From contig CAXXLZ010000001.1 of assembly GCA_963675595.2 (NCBI GenBank), positions 864,001-928,000 on the forward strand: a stretch of 64,000 bases of DNA, given 5' to 3'. Position 1 is the stretch's first letter. Each line of letters opens with the position of its first letter. The DNA is from Thermodesulfobacteriota bacterium. Its GTDB lineage: Bacteria; Desulfobacterota; Desulfarculia; JACQYL01. The notes under the pieces are model-generated. The model worked only from the letters and a program-made list of their open reading frames with translations. It made no database searches and was not told where the DNA came from. A program made the translations under genes and the position numbers. Below are positions 10,830-18,787 of this stretch, in pieces.

Positions 10830-12056
10830 ATGGATATCTCTCTCGATCAGATTCTGGAACGCCGGCTAGTCGTCACCCACTTCCAGCCCATCGTGTCCGT
10901 CAAGAAGAATACCACTGTCGGTTTTGAGGCGCTGTCTCGGGGTATTTCTCAAGACGGTTCAAACAGCATCATCCCGCCTTTGGACTTGTTTAATGCGGCC
11001 CGCAAGGAGCACAAGACCGCGTTGCTGGATGTGGTTTGCCGTGAAAAGGCGCTCGAATCGTTCCGAGCCTACCATGCCCATAGAAAAGACCTTCTGCTCT
11101 TCCTGAATCTCGAGGGGGCCGCCATTAATCCGGACGGGCCGGAAACCCTGATCGATGCCGCAAAAGAAGCATCCATCGAACCCTACCATATCGTCATTGA
11201 AATTGTTGAGTCCAAAGTAGGAAACGCCGTAGACCTTCATCGATTCGTCTCGCATCACCGGCGCGCGGGCTTTCTGATCGCTCTGGACGACGTGGGAAGC
11301 GGTCATTCGAACTTCGATCGTATCGCCGCGTTGAGGCCGGATATCATCAAGGTGGACCGCAGTCTGATCTCCGGACTGGACACAGAGTACTCTAAGCAGC
11401 ATGTCCTCCGATCCTTGACCGGCTTGGCTCACCGTCTTGGAGCTTTGGTGATCGCCGAAGGAGTCGAAACCGAGGAGGAGGCCATGGTGGCCATCGAATG
11501 CGAAACCGATCTGCTTCAAGGATATTTATTGGCGCGACCCATGGAGGACATGGAAGCGGCCATGGCTTCCGTTGTGGCTCCCATGCGATCGGTGGGAAGC
11601 AGGTACAAGGATTTCGTCATGGCCGAGATCAACGCCAGGATGGGAACGCATCGCGTTTACGATTTGGTCATGACGGAAATGATCGAAAGACTGGCTGATT
11701 GCGCGGGATGTGACTTCGAGCTCACACTGGTGGAGTTCATCCAGGATTATTCCGTGCTTGAGTGCGTCTATGTGTTGGATATGGACGGGGTCCAGGTGAG
11801 CGATACCATCTGCAACCCTGATCGCATCGGAGGAAGCCGTAGGATCATCTTCCGTCCCGACGAAAAGGGGGCCGACCAGTCTCTCAAAGACTATTTCTAT
11901 TTCATCAAAGCGGGCAAGACCCACTATACGACGGATCGGTACATCTCCATGGCTTCGGGAAACTGGTGCTGCACCGTTTCTTCACTATTCCGTTCATTCA
12001 ACGCCCAGCCGTATATCCTGTGTGCGGATTTCAGTTCGGAGGAGTGCAAAGGGTGA
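10830..12056 (+). CDS. EAL-domain c-di-GMP phosphodiesterase with C-terminal YkuI_C/Cache-like domain
   Basis: EAL, FLN, EIVE, DDVGSG, IKVD, EGVE and QGY motifs all present; C-terminal TDRYISMASGNWCCT. Confidence 0.9.
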   Translation: MDISLDQILERRLVVTHFQPIVSVKKNTTVGFEALSRGISQDGSNSIIPPLDLFNAARKEHKTALLDVVCREKALESFRAYHAHRKDLLLFLNLEGAAINPDGPETLIDAAKEASIEPYHIVIEIVESKVGNAVDLHRFVSHHRRAGFLIALDDVGSGHSNFDRIAALRPDIIKVDRSLISGLDTEYSKQHVLRSLTGLAHRLGALVIAEGVETEEEAMVAIECETDLLQGYLLARPMEDMEAAMASVVAPMRSVGSRYKDFVMAEINARMGTHRVYDLVMTEMIERLADCAGCDFELTLVEFIQDYSVLECVYVLDMDGVQVSDTICNPDRIGGSRRIIFRPDEKGADQSLKDYFYFIKAGKTHYTTDRYISMASGNWCCTVSSLFRSFNAQPYILCADFSSEECKG

Positions 12057-12091
12057 CGTTATAGCCGCAACGGGGAGGGAGAATCGATAAC

Positions 12092-12212
12092 GGACGGTCG
12101 AAAAATTCGATCTGCGGCGTTGCGCCTTATCCCTCGTCACTGCGACGTACTCCTTCGTATGCCTCATGTTCGGGATTCGCTCGTTTGCATGTCATCGTTT
12201 CTTTCCGGCCCC
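12092..12212. repeat. Degenerate palindromic MITE/REP-like element between convergent genes
   Basis: GACGGTCGAAAAA...CTGCGGCGTTGCGCCTTATCCCTCGTCACTGCGACGTAC..GTATGCCTCA..CGGGATTCGC with nested dyad symmetry; related to 3642-3795. Confidence 0.5.
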
Positions 12213-12379
12213 AAATAATCCGCTTACTCAACGGGTGGGGGGATAAAGGGCTTTGACGCTCGTCTCGAGATTTCCACGTCCGGCCGACGAGGATGTCGGA
12301 TACGGTTCAGCCGTGACTCACGCGTGGCGGCCGGAAATGGAAAACGAAATGACGGGCTTGTTCAACATCAGTGGGTGTT

Positions 12380-14092
12380 TCACCGTCGTCGGACGACGCG
12401 AAAGCCGCCGTCCTCGGCGCACAGTCTCGGATCGCTCCACACCTGTGATGAAATCATGCAGCCCAAACTGCCTGCCAGGAATGATCCTCCTTTGATAAGC
12501 CGATTCAAGGAAGCGGAGTTCATACCGTCCGGAATCCGGGAAAGTGTTGCAGGAGAATTCACCGCATCTTGTTCATAGCTCCAATTGTCGCACCATTCCC
12601 AAACGTTTCCCGAAAGGTTGTGTATCTTCTTTTCTCCCCAGTAACTTGCTCCCCGGGGGAAGGCGTCCACTTCCATAACCGCCGTGCCGGGAATGCCGCG
12701 AACAGGTCTCAAGGTTTCCTCACTGTTGCAGCGGCCCGGCTCCCAAAGGGCCCCCCATGGGTAGTTTTTGAAAGACGGCGGGGAGTTGTGGGAAACCGAG
12801 GCGACGAGCCGGCTTCCGTCGACGTCCCCTAGCGCCGCGGTAGTCCATTGGAATTCCGTGGGTAGACTTCCGCCTCGCCAGTCGGCATAAGCCTTTGCCG
12901 CGAACCAGGAAACGTACGTTACCGGATGCCGGTCCGCCGATGGTGGAAAACGATCCGGTGCAGGCCAATGTTTCAGATAGTCCCCGTCATGAAAGGCGGT
13001 CGGAATGCGATCCTTCCGCCATTGTGGATTTGCCTGAACGAAATCAAGGAACTCACGGTTCGTGGTTTCCGTAGCCGAAATGAGAAAGACCGGGCCGTCC
13101 CTTGGCGCGACCTTGACCCAATCCGGTTGGGAAGACGGATCGGTCGGCATCTCCACGTTCGACAACTCGACCAGCGGATAAGTGGACAGGGGAAAACCGT
13201 GGGTCAGGGCCAATGTGGAGATGGTAGGGCGCTGATGTTGGTTCAGTCGCTCCGCCGCCTCCGCAACTTTGTCTTCCAGATATTCCCAGATTTCCCAGAC
13301 CTCGACCACATTGTCCCGATTGCCGTCCGCCCCGCCCTTGAGGCCCTCCATGAGGAAATAAGTGAACGCGCCGTGACCCGGATCGGCCAATTCAACGGAT
13401 AGCTGATCTCCCTCGGAAGCGGTGATGACGATTCGACCTGTTCCGCCGAATTCTCTGAATGCATCCTTTACCTCACGGTGATGAAAGGATTCGCCTCGAG
13501 GATAGCTGATCACCGTGGCCGAACTGAAACAACAATCCACGAACAAGATCAAACGGCGTGCCCGGATTCGGTTGATCAGTCCACTGATTTCTTTTTGTGA
13601 TAGGGCGCTGCCCGAAAGAATCTCCAATTCATTTTGTTGATAAGCGCGCAGATCCACTTCGGTGTCGTGCAGAATCCAATAACCCTCCCCGTCGGCGTTC
13701 CGGATCCCATGGGAGGAAAAGTAGATCAGTACCGTGTCCTCGGGAAGGGCGTCCGCTGCAAGGCGCTCCAAGGCCGAGCGTACACCGTTGGTGGTGGCCT
13801 CTTCGTCCAGCAGCGTGTTGAGATCAAGATTCGGCACCGGGAGATGGTTCGGGTCCTTCAGCAAGGAGCGCAAAGCCGAGGCGTCCGCACGGCAGAAACG
13901 AAGTGGACGAATCTTACCGTCGGAAAAACGATCGATGCCGATGAGCAGCGCCCGGTACACTCCGGCGGAAGGGTCTTCCGTGATGCGGAGAGAGGAATCT
14001 TCCACGGGCCGGACCACGATGGCTTTCTGAGCCCGAGCGATGCCCGTCGAAGTCAGGAGGACCAAGATCACGCAGATACACATCTTTCTCAT
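12380..14092 (-). CDS. Exported caspase-family (C14) peptidase fused to an FGE-sulfatase/CLec-fold domain
   Basis: Signal peptide MRKMCICVILVLLTSTGIARA; ALLIGI, YFSSHG and VDCCFS (His-Cys dyad); C-terminal SGNVWEWC...KGGSF...GFRVV. Confidence 0.88.
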   Translation of the reverse strand: MRKMCICVILVLLTSTGIARAQKAIVVRPVEDSSLRITEDPSAGVYRALLIGIDRFSDGKIRPLRFCRADASALRSLLKDPNHLPVPNLDLNTLLDEEATTNGVRSALERLAADALPEDTVLIYFSSHGIRNADGEGYWILHDTEVDLRAYQQNELEILSGSALSQKEISGLINRIRARRLILFVDCCFSSATVISYPRGESFHHREVKDAFREFGGTGRIVITASEGDQLSVELADPGHGAFTYFLMEGLKGGADGNRDNVVEVWEIWEYLEDKVAEAAERLNQHQRPTISTLALTHGFPLSTYPLVELSNVEMPTDPSSQPDWVKVAPRDGPVFLISATETTNREFLDFVQANPQWRKDRIPTAFHDGDYLKHWPAPDRFPPSADRHPVTYVSWFAAKAYADWRGGSLPTEFQWTTAALGDVDGSRLVASVSHNSPPSFKNYPWGALWEPGRCNSEETLRPVRGIPGTAVMEVDAFPRGASYWGEKKIHNLSGNVWEWCDNWSYEQDAVNSPATLSRIPDGMNSASLNRLIKGGSFLAGSLGCMISSQVWSDPRLCAEDGGFRVVRRR

Positions 14093-14109
14093 GCTTGGAT
14101 CCCTTCCGG

Positions 14110-17100
14110 CTATTGCCAGTCGCCGTAGAGGACAAAGGCGCTCCAATAGTATGGGTGGGACCACTCCGCGCGCTTCATTAACGAAAGCTTGGCGAGACGT
14201 AGAGATTCCGATTTGTCGTGTCCGCTCAGATAGTTTTCGTAGAATCCGCGCATGAGTTCACGAGTGGCTTCGTCGTCCACGTCCCACAAAGAGCATAGTA
14301 CGCTCGGTGCCCCCGCGAACATGAGTGCCCGAGTGAGACCCACCAGATCATCCCCGGCGCCGAGTTTGCCTTTACCCGAGGAACACGCGGACAGGCTCAC
14401 GAGAGATACGCCACGCCAGTCCAGGCCGAAAAGCTCGTGCATTTCCAGATTGCCGTCGTTTTCCCCATCGGGCGTCAAGGCCAGGTACGATAGAGGCGGT
14501 GCGATCTCATTGAAAATGCCGTGGCAGGCAAGGTGAACCACGTCGGGACTCCCCAGCCGGGCGAGCGGCTGTTTGACATACGTCTCCGTGGCCTCGGTGC
14601 GTTTTCGCAGAACTGCCTTCGGAAACAGACTCGCGACCTCGGCGGCCTCGCGCTCGGCCCCCGGCAACGGCGATAGGGCCGTCACCGGATTGCCGACGGC
14701 GAATATCCTGCTTCGGCCGGAGCGGCGCTTATTCAGCAGATAACGATAGACGCCCGCCGAGGGTGAAACGACCATACGATGGGAAGCGACCAGGACCTCG
14801 CCGTTGTCTGCGTTAAGGGCGCCGAAAGGAATCTTGTACATGGGGCCCCACGGAATCACCACGAGGGCCTCGTGTCCAAGGAGTTTCTCAATGGGTTGGA
14901 TAAGTCGCGAATACAGTCCGCCCGACAAAGACCGTAATTTCGGTAAGTCCGTATCGCCGGCTTCCAGCACTCGTACAAAGGCCTCCAGTTCGGCCTCCAA
15001 GGTCTCGCGGCTCACATCCACCCGTTCAAAATGGAGACTATTCCGCGTTATCACGAATACCCACAGCTCATTCCGTTTTTTCCCGTCCGGATATTTCATT
15101 TCCCCCGGGTGGTGGTACTCCACCAGAACAACACCGTCTCCCAGAAACGATTGGACTTCTTCCAACGTGGGGGCGTCCACGCAAATCAGAGACCCGAGTT
15201 CGGCATCTGCACGCCTGATCTCCTCGATCAGTTCCAGACGTTGTCTCTCCATCGCGCCCATCTTTCGTTCAACCGTCTCCGGTGCCGACCGGGTCTTTTG
15301 TCCGACCGGACCCGAGGACTCCAATGTCCAGGAATCTCTCTCCTCACTCAGCGCCCGATACTCTCGTTCCAACCGGTCCAATTGGGCGCTTTTCGCATAG
15401 GTGGTGTCGTTCCGTGATGAGGCGACCAACTCCTCCGTGGCCAGCAGGTCCAGAAACGATTTGGCCCGTCTTCTTTCCAGGGCGTTGAAGGCTTCGGACT
15501 CGGCCCCCATCGCCAGGGACGCCGCGGCCAAGTTGTCATAGTAGTTTCCATGAGCCGCCTGGAACTTCGCTCGGCGGGAACCCTCCCCGATTTTGCCTCG
15601 AACCTGTTCGAAGTATTCGATTCCGCGTTTCAGGGAGGACACGGCTTCGCGGGGACGATCGGCGAGGCGGAGCAATTCACCCAGATTGCACGAAACCGTG
15701 CAGGCGCTCTGGGGCTCTCCGGCCTCCATGACGATGGACAAAGCCTCTCGATACAGGGGCTCGGCTTTGTCGTAATCTCCCATCGCCGCATAGAGCCCGG
15801 CCAGATTGTTCAGACTCTGAGCGCAGGCCGGGTGCTTCTGACCCAACGCCTTTTCCCTGATTGCCAATGTCCTTCGATACAAAGGTTCGGCCTCGTCGTA
15901 TCTCCCCATGGCTTCATAGAGTGTCGCCAAGTCGTTCACACTCCGGGCGTAGTCCGGGTGGCCTTCACCGAGCGCCGCCTTCATCACGGTCATGGCCTCT
16001 CGAAGCAGCGGTTCGGCTTCGTCGAGATTTCCCGTGACTCGGCACAGTCCCGCCAGATTGTCGAGGCTCAAAGCGTAGTCCGGATGGTTCGGCCCCAGCA
16101 CTTCCTTTCGAATGGACACGGACTCCTGCAACAATCGTCGAGCCTTGTCGTACTCGCCGATGGACTGATGGAGCGCGGCCAGGTTGTCCAGGCTTTGGGC
16201 ATATTCAGGACTTTTCTTCCTTAGGGTGCTCACGTCTATGGACTTGACTTCAAGCAACAAGGGCTCGGCCTTGCCGAACTCGCCCATGGCCATGTAGAGC
16301 AGGGCCAGGTTGTTGAGGCAGGACGCATACTCCCCGTGTTTCTCTCCCAAGGCCTCCTTCTTGATGACCAGGGCTTTCCGGAAGAGCGGTTCGGCCTCGG
16401 CGTATTCGGCCAGGGTACGGTAGAATTCGCCCAGGTTATTGAGGCTGGTGGCATAGTCGGGATGCTTTTCTCCCAGAACGCTTTTTCTGAGGTCCAAGGC
16501 CTTCTTCAGAAATCGTTCCGCTTTGCCGTATTCTCCCATGGAAACATACAGAGAGGCCAAGTTGTTCAGGCTTTGGGCGTAAGCCGGGTGCCCTTCCCCC
16601 AAGGCTCGTTTCCTGACGTCCATGGCCTGCAGGTACAATGTCTCGGCCTGAGGGAATTCCCCCATGCATTTATAGAGATAGGCGAGATTGTTGAGGCTGA
16701 CGGCGTAGTCCGGGTGGTTTTCGCCGAGAACCCTCTTTCTGATGGCGATTGTTTCCTTCAGAAGGGGCTCGGCTTTGGCGTATTGGTCCGTGGAAACGTA
16801 CAGGGCGGACAGGCTGTTCAAAGTGGTGGCATAGTCCGGATGCTTGTCACCCAGGTGTCTTTTCCGGATTTGCATGGCCTTGAGCAGGAGCGGTTCCGCC
16901 TCGGCATACCTCCCCATGGAACGATACAACTCGGCCAAGTTGTTGAGACCCAGCGCGTAATTCGGGTGATTCTCCCCGACGATCCTTTTCCATACGGCCA
17001 TGGATTCTTTGTACAGAGGCGCCGCCTTTTCGTATTTGCCCATGGATTTATACAGCAACGCGAGGTTGTTGAGGCTGACGGAGTATTCCGCGGGATTCGC

Positions 17101-17298
17101 GGCAGCCCTACTCTTGCGCAAGGTCACCACTTCTTCGGCAATGCGTGCGGCTTCCTCGTATCGCCCCTGTTGATAAAGTTGAATCACTTCGCGGTTCAAG
17201 GCATCGGCGTCCCGACTCCATGACGGAGGAGCGCACAGAATCGACACGATCACAAGAAACGCAAACAGCCCCCTTACCCGTTTCCTCGTTTGCGGCAT
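14110..17298 (-). CDS. Exported TPR-repeat CHAT-domain protease
   Basis: Signal peptide; about 13 42-aa TPR repeats (SLNNLA.LY...G.Y..AEPL...GE.HPD); CHAT motifs HLACHG, LSACSSG, SLWDVDD and HPYYWSAF. Confidence 0.92.
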   Translation of the reverse strand: MPQTRKRVRGLFAFLVIVSILCAPPSWSRDADALNREVIQLYQQGRYEEAARIAEEVVTLRKSRAAANPAEYSVSLNNLALLYKSMGKYEKAAPLYKESMAVWKRIVGENHPNYALGLNNLAELYRSMGRYAEAEPLLLKAMQIRKRHLGDKHPDYATTLNSLSALYVSTDQYAKAEPLLKETIAIRKRVLGENHPDYAVSLNNLAYLYKCMGEFPQAETLYLQAMDVRKRALGEGHPAYAQSLNNLASLYVSMGEYGKAERFLKKALDLRKSVLGEKHPDYATSLNNLGEFYRTLAEYAEAEPLFRKALVIKKEALGEKHGEYASCLNNLALLYMAMGEFGKAEPLLLEVKSIDVSTLRKKSPEYAQSLDNLAALHQSIGEYDKARRLLQESVSIRKEVLGPNHPDYALSLDNLAGLCRVTGNLDEAEPLLREAMTVMKAALGEGHPDYARSVNDLATLYEAMGRYDEAEPLYRRTLAIREKALGQKHPACAQSLNNLAGLYAAMGDYDKAEPLYREALSIVMEAGEPQSACTVSCNLGELLRLADRPREAVSSLKRGIEYFEQVRGKIGEGSRRAKFQAAHGNYYDNLAAASLAMGAESEAFNALERRRAKSFLDLLATEELVASSRNDTTYAKSAQLDRLEREYRALSEERDSWTLESSGPVGQKTRSAPETVERKMGAMERQRLELIEEIRRADAELGSLICVDAPTLEEVQSFLGDGVVLVEYHHPGEMKYPDGKKRNELWVFVITRNSLHFERVDVSRETLEAELEAFVRVLEAGDTDLPKLRSLSGGLYSRLIQPIEKLLGHEALVVIPWGPMYKIPFGALNADNGEVLVASHRMVVSPSAGVYRYLLNKRRSGRSRIFAVGNPVTALSPLPGAEREAAEVASLFPKAVLRKRTEATETYVKQPLARLGSPDVVHLACHGIFNEIAPPLSYLALTPDGENDGNLEMHELFGLDWRGVSLVSLSACSSGKGKLGAGDDLVGLTRALMFAGAPSVLCSLWDVDDEATRELMRGFYENYLSGHDKSESLRLAKLSLMKRAEWSHPYYWSAFVLYGDWQ

Positions 17299-17343
17299 GT
17301 TGACGTCCTTTGCTTGAGTTACCGTTATCGCAGTTGCGGCGTC

Positions 17344-18402
17344 TCAGTAGAAGCCGTCATAGATGTCCATGTCTCCCGACCGGCTCCTTCGTTCCACTCC
17401 GGCTTTGAATTGTCGTAGGGCTTCATAATCGGTGAACTCCACCCGGCGGTTCATGGCTTGGTGCTCCTCCGTGTCGTTGGGCACCAGCGGTCTGGAATCA
17501 CCGTACCCGCGGATTTCAAAGCGCTCCTCCTTCAATTGAAGCCGGTCCACCAGATATCGCTTTACACTGTCCGCCCGAGACAGGGAGAGCCGCCTCAGAC
17601 CCTCGGGGGAATCACCGCACTGAGTATGTCCTTCAATGAGAATTCTCTTGTCCTTCAGTGTACCGCTTTCCAAGGCTCGTGCGAGTTCTCTCAGCTGTCC
17701 GTGGGATTCGGGCAGAATATCGCATCGATTCATCTCGAACCGAATCATGAGCGGTACTTTCGGCCCCTTGTAGGGTGACTGGCCCCTGGTGAACGTCCGG
17801 TTCAATTTGGATCGGATTTCTTCGGAGGGCACAAGCCGGCTTGAAACCTGCCGGTCCAACAGGGCTGCTATGCGGTCTTCCAATTCGATCGCCCTTTGAG
17901 CCGCAAACGACATGCACTGCTTGGTGCCTGCATCTGCGGTCTCTGCGGCGGCGGAGGCGCAAATGCGCAGCCGTTCCCGAATCTCGTATAAGTTCGGCGG
18001 TATTCGGACCGAAGGCCTCAACAGCAGATCGGCTACCTGCAGGGCGTTCTTGAAAGCCGGTTCGCGACTCGGATCAAGACCCGCCGCTTCGGAATAGTGC
18101 TCCAACGCACGATAAAGGCTCCGTGTGTTGTGCCAGGTCGGGCCGGTTCGCCTCCATTCTTCAAGGGCTTGTTGGTGAAGCACATAAGCCAGGTTGAAAT
18201 GCGCCGCCGCGTATCTCGGGTCGACTTGAACGGCGTTTTCATAACATGCGGCCTCCTCGTCCGAGTTGGGCAGGGTCCGGGCCGTTTCCAGTCCTTTGTC
18301 CACCCATTGCCGTGCCTCATCCAAAGGGGCCGCCACGGCCGGAAAGCTCGTGAAGAACAGCAAACAAGAAACAAAAAAAACGGCCTGATAACAGGTCCTC
18401 AT
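17344..18402 (-). CDS. Exported TPR + OmpA-like C-terminal domain protein
   Basis: Signal peptide (AVA-A); TPR (YAAAHFNLAYV); IEGHT...LSLSRADSV...GYGDSRPLVPN...NRRVEF. Confidence 0.85.
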   Translation of the reverse strand: MRTCYQAVFFVSCLLFFTSFPAVAAPLDEARQWVDKGLETARTLPNSDEEAACYENAVQVDPRYAAAHFNLAYVLHQQALEEWRRTGPTWHNTRSLYRALEHYSEAAGLDPSREPAFKNALQVADLLLRPSVRIPPNLYEIRERLRICASAAAETADAGTKQCMSFAAQRAIELEDRIAALLDRQVSSRLVPSEEIRSKLNRTFTRGQSPYKGPKVPLMIRFEMNRCDILPESHGQLRELARALESGTLKDKRILIEGHTQCGDSPEGLRRLSLSRADSVKRYLVDRLQLKEERFEIRGYGDSRPLVPNDTEEHQAMNRRVEFTDYEALRQFKAGVERRSRSGDMDIYDGFY

Positions 18403-18787
18403 GGACGCCGACTCCCTGTGATTGAATCCGTTTGTCCAGCCTTTCGAAGTCAGGCGCCAAAGGGCAGGTGCCCGGGGTTCATGACGCCCCTGTGGAGAGC
18501 CGACTCACGCGCCCGACTTTGTATGGGATGGTTCCTCCATGAAGCTGCAAGCATAGGCCGAAGAACGGATCAACAAAAAGGAAAAAATCTTTCGAACGCG
18601 CATCGGGAAGCGACATGGGACGTAACGCCGGGACCCGGTTGTCTTTTTCTAAGGAAACAGGGCGCGCACCGTCTTGAGGGAGGAGGCCGGCGCACGCACG
18701 ACGGTTGTCGGCCGTTCCCGTTGCCGGCGAGGGAAGGGCGGGAGGCCTTCGGGATCGAGGGGCATTCTCCAGGTCGGACCATGGTGA

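Noticed and set aside
15700-17200. Regular 126-bp periodicity resembling an array
   Set aside because: Explained by 42-aa TPR coding repeats; not CRISPR.
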